From Prasinococcaceae sp. CCMP 1430 (taxonomy: Eukaryota > Plantae > Prasinodermophyta): a stretch of DNA of 60,433 nt. Position 1 is the first letter of the stretch. Every line of letters starts with the position of its first letter. The translations under genes and the position numbers were made by a program. The DNA is taken from NCBI GenBank assembly GCA_013416795.1, contig RQSC01000003.1:37214-97646 (forward strand). Reading direction: 5' to 3'. Positions 1 through 9,154 of this stretch are shown in pieces. Below the pieces are notes generated by a model. That model saw nothing but the letters and a program-made list of their open reading frames with translations, was not told where the DNA came from and made no database searches.

Positions 1-26
1 AAAAAAAAAAAAAAAAAAAAAAAAAG

Positions 27-791
27 CTCTACGGCGCGGACGTCTTCCTGTCGCACCAGTCGTCGCACCCCCGCCCGCCCGGCGCGCAGCCCGACGACAG
101 CGCGCTGCCGCGCAAGCTGCAGCGCCTGCTGGCGACGTCGATGTTCGTGTCCACCAAGGTGGCCGAGCCCGACGCCGCCCTGACGCACCCGTCCGGCCTG
201 CCCAACGCGCACAACTTCTCCCACTTCGCGCCGGCCTTCCAGCGGAAGGAGATCGTGCTCGCCGAGCGCGCGCTGCTGCGCGTGCTGGAGTTCGACCTGC
301 TGCTGAGCACCACCGTGATCTTCCTGGACGCCTACATCCACGTGCACGCCCTCGCGCTGCGCTGCGCCGGCGGCGGCGCGACGGCGGCGGCCGCGACGCT
401 GGACGGCGCCGGGCACGCCGGCGCGGGCGGCATCGTGGCCGCCGGCGGCCCGAGCGGCAAGCACTACGCCAACTTCATCTCCGACCTGCTGCTGGCCGAC
501 GGGGACGCGCTGGGGGTCGCGCACTCCGAGCTCGCCGCCGCCGCGCTCGTGGTGGCGTGCAACGCCGTGGGCGTGCCGTCGTGGACGCCCGCGATCGAGC
601 ACTTCACGGGCATGAAGCGCGCCGCCCTGCAGCCGCACGTGCGCCTGGCCGCGCGCGCGCTCAGGCGCGCCGGGCGGCGCCGCAACGGCGTGGCGGGCGA
701 GGCGCTCTCCGTGTGGGACTACAAGCACCAGGCCGTGTCGACGGCGGTCGGGCGGTGGCCCGACTCCAAGTTCCTCGCGCTCGAGGCGTGA
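27..791 (+). CDS. Cyclin-family protein, 3' exon (5' part outside the window)
   Basis: Frame is open from 27 after an A25-G acceptor: LYGADVFLS...KLQRLLATSMFVSTKVAE...EIVLAERALLRVLEFDL (cyclin box), then a Cyclin_C-like SELAAAAL...WTPAIEHFTG. Stop TGA at 789-791. Confidence 0.75.
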   Translation, partial: LYGADVFLSHQSSHPRPPGAQPDDSALPRKLQRLLATSMFVSTKVAEPDAALTHPSGLPNAHNFSHFAPAFQRKEIVLAERALLRVLEFDLLLSTTVIFLDAYIHVHALALRCAGGGATAAAATLDGAGHAGAGGIVAAGGPSGKHYANFISDLLLADGDALGVAHSELAAAALVVACNAVGVPSWTPAIEHFTGMKRAALQPHVRLAARALRRAGRRRNGVAGEALSVWDYKHQAVSTAVGRWPDSKFLALEA

Positions 792-1135
792 GATGCGGCG
801 AGGCGCGGCGACGCGTGCGGGGCACACGGGGTTTCGGCTCGCACACGCGGTCGCCCGGACCGAGCGTTCGCCAAAGCGCGCGACCCCCTACCCCCCCCCC
901 CCACCCCCCCCCACACCCGTCGCGCTCGGCCGACCCCTCCACCCCCGCATGTAACAAAGTCGGCCCGCAGCGCGCGCTGCTGCCTGAATTCACACGCGCG
1001 CGCACCCCTCGCACGCGCGCCCGCCGACGCCCAGCCCCGAGGGGACACCGCCACCACCAACAAAAAAAAACGGACGCAATACATCGATCAATCGGAGGCC
1101 CGCCGCGCGCCCTCGCAGCAGCAGCACCACCGCCA

Positions 1136-2921
1136 TCAGCCCCTCGGATGAGAGGAGGAGGAGGAGGAGGAGAACGCCTCCTTGGCCGCCTTCTCCTCGA
1201 TCTTCTGCCGCGCCTTGCGCACCAGCGTCGCGCCGTCGCAGCGCGCGCCGTACACGTAGGCCTCCGCCTGCACGCTCGCCATGTACTTGGCGATCTCGCG
1301 GCCGCTCCAGCCCTCGGAGAGCGCCGCGACCTCGCCCAGGGCCTCGCTCACGTCGCCCTCCACGCGGATCCGCGCGGGGCGCGAGGCGAAGGAGAAGAAG
1401 GGCGCGGCGGGCTGCGCCACGACGAGCTTCCTGAAGTAGAGGCCCAGCAGGTGCTCGCGCTCCTCGCGGCCGGGCAGCGGGAAGTGGAGCATCTCGTCCA
1501 TGCGGTCGTGCACGGCCGCGTCGAGGTCCTGCGGGCGGTTGGTGGCCAGCACGAGCGACACCTTGTTGACCTGCCCGCCCGCGCCGGCCGCGTCGCCGGT
1601 GCGCATGAGCGTCGCGTTGAGCGCCGCGCGCAGGTCCTCGGTCATGCCGGCCTTGGCGCGGTCGGCGAGGAAGGCGTCGGCCTCGTCGATGAAGAGCAGC
1701 ATGCCCCTGTCCGACCTCTGCGCCCAGTCGAACACCTCGTGCAGGCGCGCGGCGCCCAGCTTGCCCAGCGGCGCCACGTCGCCGCCCGACATGATGGCGT
1801 ACTCGAGGCCGCACCGCCGCGCGAGCTCGCGCGCGGCGAGCGTCTTGCCCGTGCCCGGCGGGCCGTACATCATCACGTTGCGCAGGTTGCCGCCGCACTG
1901 CTGCGCGCCCGCGAGCGACTGCGCCACCGCGAACATGCGCTGCGAGAGCTGCGGGGCGAGCACCACCTCCTTGAACCAGCCGCTCGCGCCGCCTGCGCCC
2001 GCCGCGGGGGCGTCGCCCGCGGCGGCGGCCGCTGCGCAGCAGGCTGGGCTGGCCGAGCGCCCGCTCGGCGAGCGTGCGCGCCAGGCGCGTGCCCTCGCGC
2101 GCGCCGTACACGCCCAGCGCGAGCGCCGACGCGCCGCCCGCCAGCGCGAGCAGCCGGTTCTGGTCGTCGAGCACCGACGTGACGCCCTCGCCCACCCGCT
2201 TGAAGCCCAGCTCGAGCGCCTCGAGCAGCTTCTGCCTGTCGGCGTTGGCCACCTCGAGCATCTGCTTGATCTTCACGTCGGCGTTCTCGCGCCCCTCCTT
2301 GATGCGCCCCTCGGCCTCGGCCTTGGCCTTGGCGGCGTCGCGCTCCTTCTCGAGCTCCAGGCGCGCGGCCTCCACGCGCATGCGCTCCGCCTGCACGTCC
2401 TCCTCGGTCTGGCGCTTCATGGCCTCGATGCGCGCCGCGGACTCCTCCTGCATGCGCAGCTGCTCGGCCTTGCGCTGGCGCGCCAGCTCCGCCGCCTCGC
2501 CGGCGCGCTTGCGGGCGAGCTGGTCCTCATACTCGAGGAGCTCCGCGCGGTGCTGCGCCTTCTGCTGGAGCGACTTGCGCTCCTCCTCCCCGCGCACGCG
2601 GGCGGTCTGCAGCTCGACGTCCGCGGCGTGCGCGCGGGCGGCCTCCTGGTCGCGGCGCGCCTCCTCGGCCTTGGTGCGCTCCTGCTCGCGGCTGAGGTCG
2701 AGCACCGCCTTGGCGTTGGACGACGAGTTGATCTCGCGCAGCGCCTTGGCGCCGCGCTCGAGCGCCTCCGGGTCGAAGTAGCCCGCGGCGCCGCCGCCCT
2801 CCTTCCTGCCCCCGCCGAAGAGCCCGCCGCGCTGCTGCTGCTGCTGCTGCGGCGCCTGCTGCTGCTGCTGCGGCGGCGCCTGCTGCGGCGGCGGCGCCTG
2901 CTGCGGCGGCGCCTGGTCCGC
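1136..2921 (-). CDS. ATAD3: ATAD3-like mitochondrial AAA+ ATPase (5' end in N gap; frame break near 2030)
   Basis: N-terminal FDPEALERGAKALREINSS plus coiled coil and LGQPSL in one frame. AAA domain in another frame (1136-~2030): NVMMYGPPGTGKT, YAIMSGGDVAPLG, LLFIDEADAFL, VLATNRPQDLDAAVHDRMDE, GWSGREIAK. Confidence 0.9.
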
Positions 2922-3637
2922 NNNNNNNNNNNNNNNNNNNNNNNNNNNNNNNNNNNNNNNNNNNNNNNNNNNNNNNNNNNNNNNNNNNNNNNNNNNNNNN
3001 NNNNNNNNNNNNNNNNNNNNNNNNNNNNNNNNNNNNNNNNNNNNNNNNNNNNNNNNNNNNNNNNNNNNNNNNNNNNNNNNNNNNNNNNNNNNNNNNNNNN
3101 NNNNNNNNNNNNNNNNNNNNNNNNNNNNNNNNNNNNNNNNNNNNNNNNNNNNNNNNNNNNNNNNNNNNNNNNNNNNNNNNNNNNNNNNNNNNNNNNNNNN
3201 NNNNNNNNNNNNNNNNNNNNNNNNNNNNNNNNNNNNNNNNNNNNNNNNNNNNNNNNNNNNNNNNNNNNNNNNNNNNNNNNNNNNNNNNNNNNNNNNNNNN
3301 NNNNNNNNNNNNNNNNNNNNNNNNNNNNNNNNNNNNNNNNNNNNNNNNNNNNNNNNNNNNNNNNNNNNNNNNNNNNNNNNNNNNNNNNNNNNNNNNNNNN
3401 NNNNNNNNNNNNNNNNNNNNNNNNNNNNNNNNNNNNNNNNNNNNNNNNNNNNNNNNNNNNNNNNNNNNNNNNNNNNNNNNNNNNNNNNNNNNNNNNNNNN
3501 NNNNNNNNNNNNNNNNNNNNNNNNNNNNNNNNNNNNNNNNNNNNNNNNNNNNNNNNNNNNNNNNNNNNNNNNNNNNNNNNNNNNNNNNNNNNNNNNNNNN
3601 NNNNNNNNNNNNNNNNNNNNNNNNNNNNNNNNNNNNC

Positions 3638-4975
3638 TTCCAGGCGGCGGCGGGCCTGGACCGCGCGGCGCTGTCCAAGGGTGGCGTCGGCCGCGGCGAC
3701 GCCGCGGCGGAGCGGCTGGCGCGGGAGCTTCCCGCCCGCGCGCGCGCGGCGCAGCTCTGCCGCCAGGAGGCCGTGTCGGCGCTGCCAGTCGCCGCGCTGC
3801 GCGTCGCGCCTGGCTCGCGTTGCCTCGACATGTGCGCGTCGCCGGGATCGAAGACAATGCAGCTGCTCGAGGCAGTAGGCGCCACGGGGTGCGTGTTCGC
3901 CAACGATGCCGACCCGCGCCGTGCGAGGACACTGCTCGCGGCGCTGGAGCGGCACGGCAGACTTGGCGTGGGCGGCGAGGCGCCCGCCGACGCCGACTCG
4001 CGCCGCTCGCTTGTGGTAACGTGCCACCGCGGGGAGGCGCTCCCCGCGCCGCGCCGCGGCCGCCGCTTCGACGCGGTGCTCGCTGACGTGCCGTGCAGTG
4101 GCGACGGCACTTGCCGCAAGGATGCGAGCGTGCTGCCACGCTTCTCGCCCGCCGCCGCCAACGCGCTGCACGCCACACAGCTCGCCATCGCGTGGCGGGG
4201 GCTGCAGCTACTGGAGGTGGGGGGGTTGATGGCTTACTCGACGTGTTCCCTCAACCCAATCGAGGACGAGGCGGTGGTTGCCGCACTGCTGCGGCGCGGG
4301 GGCGGCAATGTGGCGCTGGAGGAATGGCCCGCTGAGGTGCTCCCGCGATTCAGGCGCAGGGGGGGATTGACGACCTGGGGCGTCGCCGACGTCGTCCAGG
4401 GCGGGGGGGAAGCAGGCACCGGGGCGGAGCGCGACGGGGAAGAGGCATGCGGCGAAAGCGACGGCAATGACTGCGAAGACGAGCCTCGGCTGCGCTGGCA
4501 CGCTCGCGGCGCGGCCGCCGCCAGGCGAGCGGGCTTTAAAGCCGCCGTCGAGTCAATGTGGCCGCCGACCGAGGACGAGGTTGCCGCGATGGGCCTCAGT
4601 CGCTGCTCGCGCGTGCTTCCCGGGGACAACGACACCGGCGGGTTCTTCGTCGCACTGCTGCGCAAGACCGGCGAGCTGGCTGGCGGCGAGGAGGAGCGCG
4701 CCTCGACGCAGGAGGACCGCCACAGCGCCGCTGCCGCCAAGCGAGCGGCGCGCGGCCCCTCGGGCACGCGGGAGCTGGGTGCACTGCGCGCCACCGAGGT
4801 GCTGCTCCCGACCGGGGAGGTCGGGGCAAGCGGCGAGGCGCCGCGCGCTGAGGCCGACACTGTGGTGCTCGCACGGGCGGACGGCAGCCTCTTCGCTGCG
4901 AGCAGCGCACTCGCCGACTTCGGCGTGGGCGGCGAGGGGGGGCTGTGCATCCTCGCCGCGGGCGTGCCAATTTAA
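3638..4975 (+). CDS. NOL1/NOP2/Sun (NSUN2/Trm4-like) RNA m5C methyltransferase, 5' end in gap
   Basis: RQEAVSALP, LDMCASPGSKT, DVPCSGDG (motif IV), YSTCSLNPIEDEAVV (motif VI), DTGGFFVALLRK. Confidence 0.9.
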   Translation, partial: FQAAAGLDRAALSKGGVGRGDAAAERLARELPARARAAQLCRQEAVSALPVAALRVAPGSRCLDMCASPGSKTMQLLEAVGATGCVFANDADPRRARTLLAALERHGRLGVGGEAPADADSRRSLVVTCHRGEALPAPRRGRRFDAVLADVPCSGDGTCRKDASVLPRFSPAAANALHATQLAIAWRGLQLLEVGGLMAYSTCSLNPIEDEAVVAALLRRGGGNVALEEWPAEVLPRFRRRGGLTTWGVADVVQGGGEAGTGAERDGEEACGESDGNDCEDEPRLRWHARGAAAARRAGFKAAVESMWPPTEDEVAAMGLSRCSRVLPGDNDTGGFFVALLRKTGELAGGEEERASTQEDRHSAAAAKRAARGPSGTRELGALRATEVLLPTGEVGASGEAPRAEADTVVLARADGSLFAASSALADFGVGGEGGLCILAAGVPI

Positions 4976-5059
4976 CGGCCCACCCATTCAACCACCCACT
5001 CGCACCCACCCGACGCAGTGTAAGGGCATCCCTGAACATCGGAAGGGCCAACAAAAAAA

Positions 5060-7462
5060 TTAGAAGAGCGTCGCATCGGGAGGGCCAGCAATCGCGTCCT
5101 CGAGCCGCCGCTGGCGTTCGGTCATGGCCTGCTGCTGCCGTTCGAGACGCTTGAGTGAAGCCTCGATCTCGGAGAGCGCACTCGCAACGTTCGCCGCGCC
5201 CCGCCCGCTGGTGAGCGCCTCCTCTTCCAGCGTTCGCGTGATGCGTGTATCCACCTGGTCCTCGTCGTCGTCGTTCCAGGCTGTCATCTCTGCGCTGAGT
5301 GGCGCGCTGATGGTGCGGGCTTGACCAGCGCGGGCCCTCGACGGCCGCCCAAGGGACTCCCTCCAGACGACTTCTCTTTGCACGGGCATTGCGTCGGTGC
5401 TGAGAATCTTCAGCAGGGGCCTTCTCTGGGTTCTCCGTTGCTGCACGCTCCCTCGCCAGTGTGTGACCAGCCGCTGCAAGCTCTTATGCCGGCGCTCCTC
5501 GTCGACCGTCAATGGATCCTCCCCTTGGCAGGCCGCGCCAAACTCTTGCCCGGTTTCTTCGCGGATGCGCACTCGTGCTGCATGCCCGCGCCAGTATCGC
5601 TGCACAGTGATTGCGCTGCCATCGACTGACGCCGGAGACCTGCCGCTATAAAATGCGTACACCTTGCTCAGGTCGGGCGCGCCGTTGGTGTACGCGAGAG
5701 CGGCTCCGAGCGCGCGCCACTCCGTGACAGCCGAGCGTATGGTGTGCGCTCGGCGACCGCTCGCGTTGCGCGCTGCCGCGAAGTCGCGCGCGATCTCGAA
5801 GCTGCTCACAATGATCGCGATGACGAGGTTCAGGGCGACGATGGAGACCACGATCATGTACAAAAAGTACCAGACATAAAATGGCCACTTGCTCGCAGAC
5901 GGGAAGTACTCGTTTGGAAAGGGATCGAAGAGCAAGTTGAACACCGACAGCAGCGTCTCGAAGAAAGTCGTGTAGCCTGGCAGCAACAAGTACCCATTGT
6001 AAATTTGGGCAAAGAAACAAAAGCCGAAGAAGACGAGGCTACCAGATGCCATGAAGAAAAGCAGGGTGCCGGCCGCCACCGCGAGCGTCGTGAGCATCAA
6101 CGACATGCGCGCGTCGATGTGCGCATAGCGCAAGACCCTGAGGAAGAGCAGAAGAGCAGTGAATGCGAGCGCGATGAGCCAGTTGTATTCGGCACTACTC
6201 GCAGCCTCGATTGCGTCGTCGTAGAGCTCGTACGGCAGGCGGAGCCTTTCGTCGTACCATTCCTGCACAAAGGATTCCCACACGGCGATGCGCTCTTCAG
6301 GCGTTGTTAGGAGCGCCTGTTGCGCCTGCAGTTGCAGCTGCTCTCCCAGCGGAGGGCTCATTTGGAAGTTGAGCTGGAGGGCGTCGCTGTAGGCTTTCCA
6401 GTCTATGTCGTACCACCCTTCTGGCAGCGGCGGCGCCTCCCCACCGCAGACCTCGTCGACGTCCTCGCACCCCCCTCCGATGGTATTGGCGAGCTGTAGG
6501 TCGCACGTGCAGGCGCCTTCGTTGTTGGGGAAGCCACACCAAGTCACGTTGGGTGGGCCCCGCGTGACTCCCTCGCCCGCGTGCACGCAGCTTCGGCTCA
6601 AATTCGAGGGGGGTGGCTCGAATGGCGACGCCTCTCCAGTCTCAATCGGCGGCGATTGCCCAGATGACCCCCCTCCGCCAACGCTCTGTTTCGACCGCGT
6701 CCATGGGCGGCCTAACCAGAAGTACGGCTCCTCACCAAAGATGGCTGAGTTCAGGTAGAAATCTCGTAGGTAGCCCGGATCGTTCTTCGGCACCCAATGA
6801 CGCGTCGTGAGGTTTCGCAGCTCATCCGCTGAGCACACGGTGTGGCAGTTGCCCCACTTGCTAGCGCAGCACATCGGCGAATACAGAGTTTCAAGGCTCT
6901 GGCCTGTCGCGAAAACGGTCTCGCCGCAGCATGTGAGCGTGACGTCGTCCCAGCTCTGCGAACCCATGGGCTCCAGGGCGTCAAGACCGATTTGCGCGCC
7001 GGTGACTGCGTTGTGCTTGTCGACGTACACGACGTACAGCGCTATGCACGTAATCATGACGGCGAACGTGATTGTGTCGAAGACCATCCACTTGCGACTG
7101 GCAGCCGAGGCCAGCGTCCGCCAGAACCTGTACATGACGTGCGGCGTTCTGTACCGAAGCGAGCGCTCTATCGCCCACAGGCGCCCCACGATCGGGAAGC
7201 AGAGATAAAAGCACGTGAAGATGACGAATATCACCTGGAAGACCGCGAGGGCGACGCCCTGTGCTCCGGGATAGAGGTCCATGGGGAGAAAGACATACGA
7301 GATCCCAGTGCTTGAGTGGCGTGCCTCGGTGCTGTCATATTGCGCAAGCACCCAGAGCGAGTCTGTTGCGAACCCGTTCTCTCGCTCGCCATTGACCGAC
7401 AGGCCGTTGTTGCTCCCCTTGTGCGCGCCCAGGCCCTGCGCCGCGCGGAGCGTGTGGCGCAC
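5060..7462 (-). CDS. Polycystin-2 (PKD2/TRPP)-like cation channel with IQ motif; N-terminus not identified
   Basis: Five hydrophobic helices (S2-S6-like), FLRVLRY S4, pore helix YTTFFETLLSVF, S6 LNLVIAIIVSSFE, IQ motif AITVQRYWRGHAAR and a C-terminal coiled coil. First ATG is at 7282. Confidence 0.75.
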   Translation of the reverse strand: MRHTLRAAQGLGAHKGSNNGLSVNGERENGFATDSLWVLAQYDSTEARHSSTGISYVFLPMDLYPGAQGVALAVFQVIFVIFTCFYLCFPIVGRLWAIERSLRYRTPHVMYRFWRTLASAASRKWMVFDTITFAVMITCIALYVVYVDKHNAVTGAQIGLDALEPMGSQSWDDVTLTCCGETVFATGQSLETLYSPMCCASKWGNCHTVCSADELRNLTTRHWVPKNDPGYLRDFYLNSAIFGEEPYFWLGRPWTRSKQSVGGGGSSGQSPPIETGEASPFEPPPSNLSRSCVHAGEGVTRGPPNVTWCGFPNNEGACTCDLQLANTIGGGCEDVDEVCGGEAPPLPEGWYDIDWKAYSDALQLNFQMSPPLGEQLQLQAQQALLTTPEERIAVWESFVQEWYDERLRLPYELYDDAIEAASSAEYNWLIALAFTALLLFLRVLRYAHIDARMSLMLTTLAVAAGTLLFFMASGSLVFFGFCFFAQIYNGYLLLPGYTTFFETLLSVFNLLFDPFPNEYFPSASKWPFYVWYFLYMIVVSIVALNLVIAIIVSSFEIARDFAAARNASGRRAHTIRSAVTEWRALGAALAYTNGAPDLSKVYAFYSGRSPASVDGSAITVQRYWRGHAARVRIREETGQEFGAACQGEDPLTVDEERRHKSLQRLVTHWRGSVQQRRTQRRPLLKILSTDAMPVQREVVWRESLGRPSRARAGQARTISAPLSAEMTAWNDDDEDQVDTRITRTLEEEALTSGRGAANVASALSEIEASLKRLERQQQAMTERQRRLEDAIAGPPDATLF

Positions 7463-9154
7463 CCCCTCGCGCGCGCGCGTCTTTTTGCGCGTCCCGCTGC
7501 TGTATCAAAAAGCACGCGCGGCGCGCGCGCCACGTAGGCGCGTCGCGCCTGCGCCCGCCGACGGCGGCGCGAGCGAATTCGCATCCGGTGGACGCGCGCG
7601 ACGCCAACTAGGAAACACGTGCACGAAGTGAAAATTATAATTACGGGAAAGTATGACAACGCGCACCCTCGAAGCGCAAATTCTTTGCCTCGATACCAGG
7701 CGAGGCACGATTCCGCTGAGAACGCGCGGGGAATAAATATTGGGACGATTTCAGTGTATTTTGATATGGATGAGCGGTCGCGTGCGTGCGGCGAAGGGGC
7801 GCACCGGACGAGTGACGGTGTGCTCGCCACCGCGCATTGACGCACGCCTCGACGCCGAGGCGTGTGCATGCACCAAGCCGCCAGCGCTGCCGGCAAGTGG
7901 CCATTCTCCTGGAGCGTAAGGCAAAGCAAGCGTATTCGCTGAAGGGTGCGATTGGTCATCAGGGGGCCGTCCTCCTCAGCGCCGCAGCGCCGTGGCCCGG
8001 CAGATCCGGCCCACACACACCCGGCGGCCGCGGTGAGTGACGACGTAGATTCGAAAGCGACGATCCGACTCGACTTGCACCCCGCAGACGGCATCACCGC
8101 GACGTACAACAAGCCGCATAACGGCACCGGCGTCGTGGAAATCAAGACGAGCGAGCCGCCGCAGGGCTGGCCTCAAGAGATCGCCGTCAAGTTCCCGAAG
8201 AACCTGGGCGTGCACGGGCTCAACACACGGCTCGTGCACGGATCGTGTATCTCCTCTCGCACATGCCCCGCTCGCATCCCCGTCGCTTGGTGAGGGCATC
8301 TCCATTCGCACCGCGAGGAGCCTTCGTGCCCGGCTCCAGATCCACGGAACCATCTTCCCTAATTTGCGAAGGCCGGTAAAGTTCAAACATACATATTTTT
8401 CAACGGAATGATTGGCGCGAAAACCCCACGAAATCAGGCGCGCAGAAAACCATGCGCCCGTGTCCGACGTCCGGCCCGCCCCCCCGTTCTCGCGGCGCCC
8501 CCTACCAACGGACGTCTTCTTCGCCTGCCAGCTGGCGCACGCCCCGAGGAATTTGGGGTGCCACACCCCGATGCACGCGACCCAATACGACAAAACACAA
8601 CTAAGAATACACCCTATGTCATCTCAAAACCGGAACCTCCCCCATCCCACCTTCGCGCTCGTAAAAACCATGCCATCCGTGCTATCACGAACAAAAAAAA
8701 ACACGCTCTTTCCCTAATTTCCTTACCACCACACCGCACGTTCATCCATGCCAACACACCTCAAAACGCATTTCCCACAAGCGCATTTCATTGTCCTCCG
8801 AAACAGGAACACGCCCATCGACTGCGAGGCGCGCCCCGCTGCGCGCCGTAGCGGGGCCCGTGCCCGGCCGCGCGGGAGGCGACCGGGGGGCAGGGGGGGG
8901 GGACAACAAGCACACTCTCGAGCGCCACTCTGCGGAGGGGGGGGCGGCGCGCCCGGGCGCCCTCGCGCCCCGCGGGCGGGCGGGCTCGCTCGCTCGCTCG
9001 CTCGCTCGCTCCCTCAGACTCCCCGCGTCACCCCAACTCACACACGCCGTCCCCGGCCGCCTCGCGCACCCCCCGCCCCCCCCCCCAACGCACCACCAGA
9101 GCCGCCCCCCTGCAACCAACAGACAGACGCACGGCACGCAGCAGACTCCGCCAC

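Noticed and set aside
1985-2060. Frameshift inside ATAD3 as programmed recoding or pseudogenisation
   Set aside because: Both halves are otherwise intact and there is no slippery site or intron. The break sits at a GC-rich palindrome (gctgcgcagc) in a draft assembly, so a small assembly deletion is most likely.
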